This document shows positions 14,055-22,122 of a stretch of 37,613 nt of DNA, piece by piece. A program made the position numbers and the translations under genes. The stretch lies in IMG/VR virus record IMGVR_UViG_3300045988_014133, positions 1 through 37,613 of that record. The stretch is one strand, 5' to 3'. Origin of the DNA: a virus. The notes beneath the pieces were generated by a model. That model was given only the letters and a program-made list of their open reading frames with translations, was not told the DNA's origin and did not search any database. Position 1 is the first letter of the stretch. Each line of letters begins with the position of its first letter.

Positions 14055-14270
14055 ATGAAAGCAACAGCGACGACATTGGCAAAGTTGGTTAAGACCATGC
14101 GGACGGCGGAAGGCGTAACGCAACCGGAGCTTGCTGAGATGGTGTATTCGGACAAGGGTTCGATTTGCCGCTGGGAGCACGGCGAAAGCATCACGTGGCA
14201 CAAATTCATTGAGATTGCTGGGGTACTTGGCTACACGGTAGATATTGAAGTGAAGGGAGGTGCAGAGTAA
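14055..14270 (+). CDS. Small XRE-type HTH protein
   Basis: It has a GGAAGGAG RBS. The HTH is VTQPELAEMVYSDKGSICRWEHGES. Confidence 0.7.
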   Translation: MKATATTLAKLVKTMRTAEGVTQPELAEMVYSDKGSICRWEHGESITWHKFIEIAGVLGYTVDIEVKGGAE

Positions 14271-14425
14271 TGTTCCGAGATTACGGGCTGATGTGGGGTG
14301 AACTGAGAGCGCAAATGAAAGAACTGCAGGAGAAGAAGGATTCTATCGAACTTGTGGTTCTGATTGCGGTCATGGACCTAATCGAATACCTCGAAGAAGA
14401 GGGTGATTTGGAGGCGAGAGAATGA
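14270..14425 (+). CDS. Small hypothetical protein (51 aa), below the ORF-track cutoff
   Basis: TAATG overlaps the upstream stop and ATGA overlaps the downstream start. GGGAGGTG lies 8 nt upstream. The protein is MFRDYGLMWGELRAQMKELQEKKDSIELVVLIAVMDLIEYLEEEGDLEARE. Confidence 0.5.
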   Translation: MFRDYGLMWGELRAQMKELQEKKDSIELVVLIAVMDLIEYLEEEGDLEARE

Positions 14426-14766
14426 GCTATAACTGGACGAAGTACAACAACAAGAAAATCACCGTGGACGGTCAAATTTTCGATTCGAAGAAGGAAGCAA
14501 ATCGTTACAAAGAACTTAGACTGCTGGAAAAGGCGGGAGAGATTTATGACCTACGGAGGCAGGTGAAGTTCAAGCTCATTCCAACGCAACGTGATGAAGT
14601 AACCGGGGAGGTTGTAGAACGTGAGTGTTCCTATAAGGCGGATTTCGTCTACGATGAGGCAGGAGAAACCGTCGTGGAGGACGTTAAAGGCTTCCGGACG
14701 AAGGAATATATCATTAAGCGGAAGCTGATGTTATATCAGTACGGAATTAGAATCAGGGAGGTATAG
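14422..14766 (+). CDS. DUF1064-family protein (putative PD-(D/E)XK-type resolvase-like nuclease)
   Basis: The stretch VDGQIFDSKKEANRYKELRLLEKAGEIYDLRRQVKF ... YKADFVY ... VEDVKGFRTKEYIIKRKL matches the DUF1064 pattern. Confidence 0.7.
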   Translation: MSYNWTKYNNKKITVDGQIFDSKKEANRYKELRLLEKAGEIYDLRRQVKFKLIPTQRDEVTGEVVERECSYKADFVYDEAGETVVEDVKGFRTKEYIIKRKLMLYQYGIRIREV

Positions 14767-14767
14767 C

Positions 14768-14992
14768 ATGGCAACTAGAAAATTGCTAGATAGTTTGATT
14801 GGGAAAGAAGTGTGTGTGAATTTGCCCGACAAAGACGAGTTTGTCGGGATTCTACACAAAACTGGTAACGAAACAGACCCAAATTTATATTTAATGAAAA
14901 ATTATTATTACGTAGCCGATGATATGGGAAATGTTATAGGATGCTTGTTTAGAGCTTCTTACGTTAAGAAAATTACAAACCTTGAAATATAA
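14768..14992 (+). CDS. Hypothetical protein (74 aa)
   Basis: It has a GGGAGG RBS and starts 2 nt after the previous stop. Confidence 0.65.
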   Translation: MATRKLLDSLIGKEVCVNLPDKDEFVGILHKTGNETDPNLYLMKNYYYVADDMGNVIGCLFRASYVKKITNLEI

Positions 14993-15065
14993 GCGTTTGA
15001 AGCGTGCTAGGAAGTTATAAGTTAGTTAAAGAATAAGTGTTAGATGAGTGTTAGGAGGCGACAAG

Positions 15066-15323
15066 TTGAAATACAGAATGATGTGGGAATCGCTTAAAGA
15101 TACGGCGGAAATCATGATTGAGGACGGAATAGTTGGCGAGGTGAGCTGGTGCACGCTGTTAGAGATTATGCGGCACGGCGAAAAACTGTTCGAACCGGAG
15201 AAGCGGTCTAGTGCGAGGACGTTTCTAACTGTGTTTGTTGATGCTTTAGAATTCGGCTTTGCGTGCCTTGGAGTGCTAATGATGGTGCTGGTTTTCATGG
15301 GGAGGATTGCTTATGTGGGTTGA
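15066..15323 (+). CDS. Hypothetical protein with C-terminal TM segment
   Basis: AGGAGG (15053-15058) lies 7 nt before TTG 15066. The start is uncertain, with alternatives GTG 15048 and ATG 15078. The C-terminus is FGFACLGVLMMVLVFMG. Confidence 0.5.
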   Translation: MKYRMMWESLKDTAEIMIEDGIVGEVSWCTLLEIMRHGEKLFEPEKRSSARTFLTVFVDALEFGFACLGVLMMVLVFMGRIAYVG

Positions 15324-15540
15324 TATGGATGATGTGAGAGCAGAATTAGAACGCTTGGCGAGAGAAACCGAAGAAGAATTTGCTGGAAGAAGGAATCACA
15401 AGACACTGCATTACGGAATGTTGGTAGGCTACCACAAAGTTGAGGTAATGCTCGATGAGCTGGAAAAGGTTTATAGAGAACGAGAATCGGAATGTGTCAA
15501 ATGTGTCAGAGGTATGAAGGAGGTAGGAAATGAAGAATAG
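15313..15540 (+). CDS. Hypothetical protein (75 aa)
   Basis: GGAGG lies 7 nt before ATG 15313. Confidence 0.6.
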   Translation: MWVDMDDVRAELERLARETEEEFAGRRNHKTLHYGMLVGYHKVEVMLDELEKVYRERESECVKCVRGMKEVGNEE

Positions 15541-15952
15541 AGAAAAATACAAAAAAACGATTATGGAATTGGCGAGAGCCATGGAGGAAGGAAACTTTTG
15601 CATATTCAAAAAAAGATACGTGCTCCCACGGCTCTACGAAGACATTGCCCGAAACAGTTGTAATACTGTTTCCTGTGCTTGGTGCAACGTGTTGTTTTGG
15701 TTATGGCTTGACGAAGAATGCGAAGAACCCGAAAAACCCGAAGTCGACTGGGACTCTGTTCCGGTTGATACGCTAGTAAGGGTGAGAGATTACGAGTACT
15801 GCGAGTGGAATTTACGCTATTTCAAAGGAATTGACAAATCAAACCCAGAAGAAAAGTATGAGGCGTGGTCGAATGGAGCGACTAGCAAAACGGCTGATGA
15901 CAGTTCCAACCACTGGAAGTACTGCGAATTAGTGGAGGATGAAGATGATTAG
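15530..15952 (+). CDS. Hypothetical Cys-containing protein (140 aa)
   Basis: It has an AAGGAGG RBS and no recognised motif. Confidence 0.7.
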   Translation: MKNREKYKKTIMELARAMEEGNFCIFKKRYVLPRLYEDIARNSCNTVSCAWCNVLFWLWLDEECEEPEKPEVDWDSVPVDTLVRVRDYEYCEWNLRYFKGIDKSNPEEKYEAWSNGATSKTADDSSNHWKYCELVEDEDD

Positions 15953-16385
15953 ATTTTTGAAAGTAAACGATATTGGAGTTGTGAGCATTGACAAGATTGA
16001 AGCGTTCAATGCAGTGGTAAGGGTTGGCAAACTCAAAAGCGGGAGCGTGCGTGTAATAGCTGAAATTAATGTAGTAATGGAAAGTGGAGACCTTTACGAT
16101 GTTCTCGAGCTTAGCCGTGAGCGGTTGATTCACAAGGAAGCGGGCGAGGAGTGGGGAAAGGACTTAGCTCCGATTCCATTCGTTAAGTCCGAGCTTTATA
16201 ACACCATTACCCACATTGTGGAAGACATTGCTCACGGAAGCGCTCCGGTGGTGGAAGTCCGCCGACTTGACCTTGTCGCAATTTCAGAAGCTGTTGTTAA
16301 AGCAGTTAAACCAACAAAAGCGGAGAGATACTTGGAAGAAGACGAATCACAAGGAGTTGAGAGTGTGCTACTGGATGCAGAGTAG
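15945..16385 (+). CDS. Hypothetical protein (146 aa)
   Basis: GGAGG lies 6 nt before ATG 15945. The track ATG at 15939 abuts the SD. Confidence 0.7.
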   Translation: MIRFLKVNDIGVVSIDKIEAFNAVVRVGKLKSGSVRVIAEINVVMESGDLYDVLELSRERLIHKEAGEEWGKDLAPIPFVKSELYNTITHIVEDIAHGSAPVVEVRRLDLVAISEAVVKAVKPTKAERYLEEDESQGVESVLLDAE

Positions 16386-16527
16386 GGGAATACCTATGAG
16401 GGTTGCGGCGGAGTTGGCAGGAATACCCACTTCAACATTCCACCGCAACTACCAATACTGGGAAGGCTACATTTACGATTCAGACGGAAGGATTATAGGA
16501 GAGAAATGTTCAGAAAGAAAACGATAA
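16375..16527 (+). CDS. Possible small HTH protein (start uncertain: 16375 or 16396)
   Basis: MRVAAELAGIPTSTFHRNYQYW looks like an HTH. The RBS is weak, and the ORF overlaps both neighbours. Confidence 0.3.
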   Translation: MQSRGIPMRVAAELAGIPTSTFHRNYQYWEGYIYDSDGRIIGEKCSERKR

Positions 16528-16946
16528 GAAGGACACTTGAACAGCATGTGTTTAAAAACCAGCCTATTAAGACCGTGAAGGAGCTTTCGGAGCTCACCAT
16601 GACAATTGCGCAGGACTACAACAGGAGGTTAATGAGCGAAGACGAACTGATTGCGTACAAGGTAAATCGAATTGAAGGGGATGTTATGGATAGAAAACTT
16701 ATTGACCAGTGGCAAAAAGATTTCCATGAAGTAGTAGAGAGCTTGGATGTTGAAAAATACAAGGCGTTCTACCGGATGTATCAGGATAACGTTTACGGCG
16801 GCAGACCGATGCCGAAAAGCGACAAGGTAATAATGGCTTCGATGTGCAAGGTAGCGTTTACGCTCACGACAATCTCGGAAGCAACGAAAAAGAAGGCTGA
16901 TGAATGGCTTGAAGCGAACAATTTCTCGAAAGGAATTTGGATATGA
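16506..16946 (+). CDS. Hypothetical protein (146 aa)
   Basis: AGGAGAGAA precedes the ATG. No recognised motif. Confidence 0.7.
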   Translation: MFRKKTIRRTLEQHVFKNQPIKTVKELSELTMTIAQDYNRRLMSEDELIAYKVNRIEGDVMDRKLIDQWQKDFHEVVESLDVEKYKAFYRMYQDNVYGGRPMPKSDKVIMASMCKVAFTLTTISEATKKKADEWLEANNFSKGIWI

Positions 16947-17008
16947 GAAGGTATAGAATCAGCACCGACAAGGTCCGGAAGTGATTAGATGGCTCGTTCA
17001 TCTATTCG

Positions 17009-17203
17009 TTGGACGATGGCGACGTTACGATTGCCTGCCGTGACAAGGAGGTGGCAATCTTCCAAAATGGAAATGCGGTTCGGATGCCGCTCGGTCAGCT
17101 CAAGTGGCTGCTGGAAATGTGCGATGAGCACTACGACAATATCAAGTTTGCGGTTGAAATGTACATGCGGGCGAATCGTGATGAGATAGGGACGATAGAA
17201 TAG
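17009..17203 (+). CDS. Hypothetical protein; minimal TTG-initiated version of a reading frame that continues upstream across an in-frame TGA (see findings)
   Basis: The composition is protein-like (DDGDVTIACRDKEVAIFQNGNAVRMPLGQLKWLLEMCDEHYDNIKFAVEMYM). There is no SD before TTG 17009. The same frame starts with an ATGA-coupled ATG at 16943 and is broken only by TGA 16982-16984. Confidence 0.45.
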   Translation: MDDGDVTIACRDKEVAIFQNGNAVRMPLGQLKWLLEMCDEHYDNIKFAVEMYMRANRDEIGTIE

Positions 17204-17213
17204 GAGGTAACAA

Positions 17214-17651
17214 ATGACAGAATATGCACAAATTGCGGATGCACGGCTCCGGAAGTTGGGCGAGGCGGAATGGGAAATCAAATCTTGTATGCAGCGGATA
17301 GAAGAACTGGAGAATGTAGCTCAATGTTGCGGGTCCTTGAATATTACCGACAAGGTGCAGAATTCTGTCACCGGTAACAAGATGGAGGAGGCTGTCGTGG
17401 AGCTGCTGGAAGAGCAGGAGCGATTAAGAACAGTTGCTTCTAACTGGGTGCAGCTCAAAAGAGCTATAATATCCGAGCTTGAATCAATCGAGCCAACTTA
17501 TAGGGACGTCTTGACACGAAGATACATTCTTAAGCAAAGCACGGAAGAGGCGGCGAAAGAGTTAAACTACTCGGAATCGCACACAAAACGTCTTAAGAGG
17601 CAAGCGTTGGAAAGGTTCGGAAGAGAAATTACAAATCATGATACCAAATGA
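17214..17651 (+). CDS. Late-gene transcriptional activator, sigma-70 region-4-like (ArpU/RinA/DUF1492-type position and motif)
   Basis: It has an AGGAGG RBS. The C-terminus YRDVLTRRYILKQSTEEAAKELNYSESHTKRLKRQALERF is a region-4-type HTH. It is the last early gene before the packaging-side operon. Confidence 0.65.
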   Translation: MTEYAQIADARLRKLGEAEWEIKSCMQRIEELENVAQCCGSLNITDKVQNSVTGNKMEEAVVELLEEQERLRTVASNWVQLKRAIISELESIEPTYRDVLTRRYILKQSTEEAAKELNYSESHTKRLKRQALERFGREITNHDTK

Positions 17652-17725
17652 TACTCCCCTTCATGCTATTATGTATGTGTAAATAAAAGACCTTTCTCCA
17701 AAATTATAAGGAATAGTCGAGAGCG

Positions 17726-17747
17726 ACCGCCGAGAGGCGGTTTTTTT
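17726..17747 (+). terminator. Rho-independent terminator
   Basis: Stem ACCGCC / GGCGGT with loop GAGA, followed by seven T. Confidence 0.85.
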
Positions 17748-17766
17748 ATGCAAAAATGGAGGGCAT

Positions 17767-18816
17767 ATGAATATTGAATATGTCAAGACCGGAAGCGTAA
17801 AGCCATACGATAAAAACCCACGAAGAAATGATGATTCGGTAGAGTTTGTGGCGAATTCAATTAAAGAGTTCGGATTTCAGCAGCCTATTGTTGTTGACAA
17901 GGATATGGTTGTTATCGCCGGGCACACAAGACTTAAGGCGGCGAAAAAATTAAAGTTGAAAGAAGTCCCGGTGATAGTAGCTGACAACCTAACAGACGAA
18001 CAAGCAAAAGCCTATAGGCTTGCGGATAACAAGGTTTCGGAATCGTCTGAATGGGACTTTGAGCTGCTGGACGATGAGCTGAACCAAATTCTCAATATTG
18101 ATATGGATGATTTCGGATTCGACTTCACGGAAGATGAAGAAGATGAAGAAGATGAAGAGCCGGAAGAAAAACACAACGAAAGAGAACGGACCGGGAACGC
18201 TTACAACCTATCTGAATATGACCGGGTCAATGCGGTAGGCGACTATGATATTCCACGGCTGGACCCGGTAGATTATGCCCCAAAGGACTTGATACCGTTC
18301 AATTACATGTTAACGAGCAACGACTATGACAGCGGGGTACACTTTTACGTTGATGATTATCAATTCGAACGCATATGGAATTGTCCGGATGAGTACCTAG
18401 ATAAGATATCCAATTTCGACTGCATGTTAACGCCGGATTTCAGCTTGTATATGGAAATGCCTATTGCGATGCAGATATGGAACACGTACCGGAGCAGGCT
18501 TATTGGTCAGATGGCACAACGAAGGGGGATAACGGTTATCCCAACGGTCAGTTGGTGCAGAGACAACAGTTTTGACTTCTGCTTTGACGGGCTGCCGGAG
18601 AGAGCTACACTGTCCATCTCAACAATCGGAATCAAGAAAGAAGATTACAACTTTGGAGTGTGGAAGGATGGAATGGATGAAATGCTGCTGAGGTTGCAGC
18701 CGAAAAGGTTGTTGGTGTACGGTGGTAAAGTTCCATATGATTATGGCGATACGGAAGTAATTTATTATAAAAACAAGACAACCGAACGAATGAAACAGAA
18801 GGGAGATGTGGTATAA
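17767..18816 (+). CDS. ParB-like nuclease-domain protein fused to a DUF4417-like C-terminal domain
   Basis: The N-terminus KPYDKNPRRNDDSVEFVANSIKEFGFQQPIVV ... IAGHTRLKAAKKL is a ParB/Srx fold. An acidic linker follows. The C-terminus GVHFYVDDYQFERIWNCPDEY ... TPDFSLY is DUF4417-like. Confidence 0.75.
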   Translation: MNIEYVKTGSVKPYDKNPRRNDDSVEFVANSIKEFGFQQPIVVDKDMVVIAGHTRLKAAKKLKLKEVPVIVADNLTDEQAKAYRLADNKVSESSEWDFELLDDELNQILNIDMDDFGFDFTEDEEDEEDEEPEEKHNERERTGNAYNLSEYDRVNAVGDYDIPRLDPVDYAPKDLIPFNYMLTSNDYDSGVHFYVDDYQFERIWNCPDEYLDKISNFDCMLTPDFSLYMEMPIAMQIWNTYRSRLIGQMAQRRGITVIPTVSWCRDNSFDFCFDGLPERATLSISTIGIKKEDYNFGVWKDGMDEMLLRLQPKRLLVYGGKVPYDYGDTEVIYYKNKTTERMKQKGDVV

Positions 18817-18817
18817 T

Positions 18818-19450
18818 ATGGGTGGTAGAGGAGCATCTGGAGGCGGAAGATTAGCCGGTGGCGGTTTGAATGCTGGCGACATAACGGGGCTAGAAGACCT
18901 TGTCAGCATGAGAGAGGGAAAACCACGAGAAATCGACGAAGTGTTATCTGTTGGTAAGGACGTGCACGACAAGTACGGAGAAGACATTGACAACTTGAGC
19001 GCAGCAACACTCAAAGAAAGCAAATCCGGCGTGCTCGGATTCTTTGATGGTGGCGGTGGAATCGCTCTTAACAAGAGATATTTGGATTCAAAGAAAATGG
19101 ATAAAGTAATAGACGAAGCGATAAGTGATGGGTATCATCCACCAAGAGGCAAGAAAACAGGCTTACAGTCAGTCGCAGCCCATGAATACGGTCACAAGCT
19201 GACGGAAGCGGCAGGAAGGCGGCACGGAAAGTCACTGGATGCCATGGCGGATGAAATTGTTAAAGAAGCAAGACAGACGACGGGGCATAGAGGTGTCGTA
19301 AAAATGGCATCCAAAATCAGTAAGTATGCAACGGTGAGCAATGCGGAGGCAGTCGCAGAAGCGTTCACGGATGTTTACTGCAACGGCGGAAGAGCCAAAA
19401 GGGAAAGTATCGCCATTGTAAACGCATTGGATAAGCGTTTTGGATTATAA
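18818..19450 (+). CDS. Gly-rich N-terminus plus HExxH zincin-like metallopeptidase domain
   Basis: It begins MGGRGASGGGRLAGGGLNAG. HEYGH is at nt 19181-19195, with a downstream SNAEAVAEAFTDVY as a possible third-ligand Glu region. An alternative start is ATG 18806. Confidence 0.55.
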   Translation: MGGRGASGGGRLAGGGLNAGDITGLEDLVSMREGKPREIDEVLSVGKDVHDKYGEDIDNLSAATLKESKSGVLGFFDGGGGIALNKRYLDSKKMDKVIDEAISDGYHPPRGKKTGLQSVAAHEYGHKLTEAAGRRHGKSLDAMADEIVKEARQTTGHRGVVKMASKISKYATVSNAEAVAEAFTDVYCNGGRAKRESIAIVNALDKRFGL

Positions 19451-19461
19451 GGAGGTAAGAA

Positions 19462-19593
19462 ATGAAAAAGAACAGAGAAGTCACGTATTCGGAGCCGGTA
19501 GATTACATTCCTAAGGAGTTACGGAAGAAATACAAGCTCGGAGAGTTCGCCGATGAAGAGGACGACGAAGAAGAGAAAAAGAAAAGCAAATAG
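19462..19593 (+). CDS. Small acidic-tailed protein (43 aa), below the ORF-track cutoff
   Basis: AAGGAGG lies 6 nt before the ATG. The protein is MKKNREVTYSEPVDYIPKELRKKYKLGEFADEEDDEEEKKKSK. Confidence 0.5.
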   Translation: MKKNREVTYSEPVDYIPKELRKKYKLGEFADEEDDEEEKKKSK

Positions 19594-19601
19594 CAATCGT
19601 G

Positions 19602-19628
19602 AAAGGGACTTCTAAACGGGGTCCCTTT
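19602..19628 (+). terminator. Weak terminator-like hairpin
   Basis: The stem AAAGGGAC / GTCCCTTT has an 11-nt loop. The T-tract is short and runs into TATAAT (19629-19634). Confidence 0.35.
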
Positions 19629-19660
19629 TATAATGCCAAAACAAAGGGAGGTGCGAAAGT

Positions 19661-20473
19661 GTGGCACGCAAACAGTACGGCGTTCCATATCAAGGGAGCA
19701 AGTCGCAAATTGGCGAATGGATAATAGAAAATTTGCCGGAAGCGGATGTATTAGTCGATTTGTTCGCAGGTGGTTGTGCAATAACAGATTGCGCATTGCA
19801 ATCGGGAAAGTGGGACAAAGTAATCGCCAACGACAAGGAAGGTTCCGGAATAGAGCTTTTCATAGATGCAACACAGGGAAAATACAAGACCGAGTCTCGA
19901 TGGATAAGTCGGGACTTTTTTAATGAGAATAAAGAGACAGACCCATATATCAAATGGATATGGAGTTTCGGCAATGACGGAGAATCGTATTTATACGCAA
20001 AAGAGAAAGAAATGTGCTTAGAACCTGTCTGGAAGATGATTTTTTCTGACAGTACAGAGGAGGCACGGAGACAGTGGAAAGAATTTTGCGGTATGGGCGA
20101 AAAAAATATACCAGACCGTATTCAAAGCCTCGAAGGGCTCGAAAGACTTAAAAAAATTGAAAGACTTGAAACAAGCAGGATTAAGACAAGTAGAGAAGAC
20201 TATACAAAAGTTATTATTCCGGATAATTCGGTAATATATTGCGACCCGCCATATAAAGGCGTAAAAGGGTACAGCAAGTCAAAATTTGACCGTGAACCAT
20301 TCTATGAATGGTGTACAAGGCAGAGCGTTCCGGTATACATATCAGAATACTCTATGCCGGAAGAGCTTTTCGAAGTCGTCGCCGAAAAACCTAAGAGAAA
20401 TACGCAATCGGCGACGAAAAATTTGTTAAGAATAGAGAAAATATACAAGCCAAGAAAGATAGAGGTGAAATAA
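19661..20473 (+). CDS. N6-adenine DNA methyltransferase (D12/Dam class), orphan
   Basis: GTG follows AAGGGAGGTG. The motifs are PYQGSK, DLFAGGCAIT and IYCDPPY. No adjacent restriction endonuclease was seen. Confidence 0.9.
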   Translation: MARKQYGVPYQGSKSQIGEWIIENLPEADVLVDLFAGGCAITDCALQSGKWDKVIANDKEGSGIELFIDATQGKYKTESRWISRDFFNENKETDPYIKWIWSFGNDGESYLYAKEKEMCLEPVWKMIFSDSTEEARRQWKEFCGMGEKNIPDRIQSLEGLERLKKIERLETSRIKTSREDYTKVIIPDNSVIYCDPPYKGVKGYSKSKFDREPFYEWCTRQSVPVYISEYSMPEELFEVVAEKPKRNTQSATKNLLRIEKIYKPRKIEVK

Positions 20474-20884
20474 ATGGCAAATGAAGAAAATCTAAAGCCG
20501 CCAACCACGAGCGAAGCACGAAAAAGAGGCAAAAAAGGCGGCGTCAAATCGGGTAAAGCACGAAAAGAGCGAAAGGCGATGAAAGAGACCGCCGAAATGA
20601 TTCTGGAGCTAACCCTCAAGGATGGAACAGTAACCGACCTTGAAGACATTCAGAGCATGGCGGCAGCCAATGGGAAGAATATCACGGTTCAGGACGCAAT
20701 CATCTTGAAGCAGGCGCAGAAGGCGCTGAAAGGTGATATCAGAGCGGCGGAATTCATCAGGGATACCAGCGGAAACAGACCGACCAACGAACAGAGAATG
20801 GATGTAGCCGTGGACAACGGATTCATCGAGGCACTGAACGCTGCAGTTGAGGAAGTGGAGCAATGTTCAAGTGGCAGCCACTAA
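20474..20884 (+). CDS. terS: Terminase small subunit
   Basis: It lies immediately upstream of and overlapping terL. It has a basic N-terminus (NLKPPTTSEARKRGKKGGVKSGKARKERK). Confidence 0.65.
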   Translation: MANEENLKPPTTSEARKRGKKGGVKSGKARKERKAMKETAEMILELTLKDGTVTDLEDIQSMAAANGKNITVQDAIILKQAQKALKGDIRAAEFIRDTSGNRPTNEQRMDVAVDNGFIEALNAAVEEVEQCSSGSH

Positions 20885-22122
20885 GCCCGAAACAGTTCAA
20901 CATCTTCTCATGGTGGAACAGCGGTAGCAAGTATTCCGATATGGACGGAATCATTGCGGATGGTTCCATCCGTTCCGGAAAGACCGTAGCGATGGGAACA
21001 AGCTTCATTATGTGGGCGATGGAATCATTCGAAGGGGAGCAGTTCGCCATATGTGGTAAGACATTAGGAGCGCTAAGAAGAAACGTGCTCTCACCGATGC
21101 AGAATGTTTTACCAGATATGGGCTATGAAATATCAGAGAGCCGCCTCGAAAACAAGTGGACCATTAGGCACGGCGACAACGTGAACACCTTCTACTTGTT
21201 CGGAGGTAAAGACGAAAGCTCGCAGAACCTTATTCAGGGCGTAACGCTTGCGGGGGTCCTATTCGACGAAGTGGCACTGATGCCGGAATCATTCGTGAAT
21301 CAGGCAACAGCACGTTGTTCTGTAGAGGGTTCTAAGTGGTGGTTCAACTGCAACCCTTCAACCCCGTTCCACTGGTTCAAGGTGAACTGGATAGACCGGA
21401 AGGAAGAAAAGAATCTTTTGTATCTGCATTTCGAATTGGACGACAACCGCAGCCTATCGGAGCATATCAAAAATAGATACCGGAGCATGTATCAAGGCGT
21501 GTTCTACAGGCGCTATATCCTCGGAGAGTGGGTAGCAGCGGAGGGCATTATCTATGATATGTTCAGTGAAGACAGGCACGTTACAAAAGAGAAATATAAG
21601 CCCGTGGGCGACGTTTACGTGTCGTGCGATTATGGAATACAGAATGCAACTGTTTTCCTTATGTGGGCGAAAATAAAAGGCATATGGACATGCATTCGTG
21701 AGTATTGCTATTCCGGGCGGGAAAACCTAAAGCAGAAAACGGATGCAGAATTTGTTCAAGACATGAAGATGTGGCTTGACGGCACGATTCCGAAAAGGAT
21801 TATCGTTGACCCGTCAGCCACTTCTTTTATTGCAGAACTCAGGAAGAATGGTTACACGGTCAAGCGTGGCATGAACGACGTGCTGGACGGAATACGGTAC
21901 ACGTCAACCGCACTTGGGAGAGGAGAACTGATGTTCGTTTCCGATTGCGTGAATACCATTCGAGAGTTCCACTCCTATATGTGGGATTTGAAGTCAGCGG
22001 ATGCCGGAGAGGATAGACCGCTGAAAGAGCACGACCACTGCATGGATGCGATGAGATATTTCACTTATACGATTATGAGACAAGAAAAAGTTAAAGTTAA
22101 GGGATTCAAAGAGGGAATCTAA
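20863..22122 (+). CDS. terL: Terminase large subunit (PBSX/Terminase_3-like)
   Basis: It has a Walker A motif (DGSIRSGKT) and a Walker B-like LFDEV. A C-terminal nuclease region follows, and the gene precedes the portal. Confidence 0.9.
   Translation: MFKWQPLSPKQFNIFSWWNSGSKYSDMDGIIADGSIRSGKTVAMGTSFIMWAMESFEGEQFAICGKTLGALRRNVLSPMQNVLPDMGYEISESRLENKWTIRHGDNVNTFYLFGGKDESSQNLIQGVTLAGVLFDEVALMPESFVNQATARCSVEGSKWWFNCNPSTPFHWFKVNWIDRKEEKNLLYLHFELDDNRSLSEHIKNRYRSMYQGVFYRRYILGEWVAAEGIIYDMFSEDRHVTKEKYKPVGDVYVSCDYGIQNATVFLMWAKIKGIWTCIREYCYSGRENLKQKTDAEFVQDMKMWLDGTIPKRIIVDPSATSFIAELRKNGYTVKRGMNDVLDGIRYTSTALGRGELMFVSDCVNTIREFHSYMWDLKSADAGEDRPLKEHDHCMDAMRYFTYTIMRQEKVKVKGFKEGI

Noticed and set aside
15036-15054. 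Direct repeat AGTGTTAG twice, spaced 11 bp apart, upstream of the gene at 15066
   Set aside because: It is only 8 bp long, within chance expectation for this window, and overlaps the RBS region. This is not enough evidence for an operator.
16989-17189. ATG-initiated 66-aa ORF with a GGAAGTG SD-like sequence
   Set aside because: The product (MARSSIRWTMATLRLPAVTRRWQSS...) is R/S/C/W-rich and looks like an off-frame translation, while the overlapping frame ending at 17203 is clearly protein-like. It is kept only as an alternative in the in-frame TGA finding.
18806-18817. Upstream ATG 18806 as the start of the HExxH protein
   Set aside because: The only SD-like element (AAGGGAG) ends 2 nt before this ATG. 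ATG 18818 gives the MGGRG N-terminus, but its spacing is also suboptimal, so the start remains uncertain.
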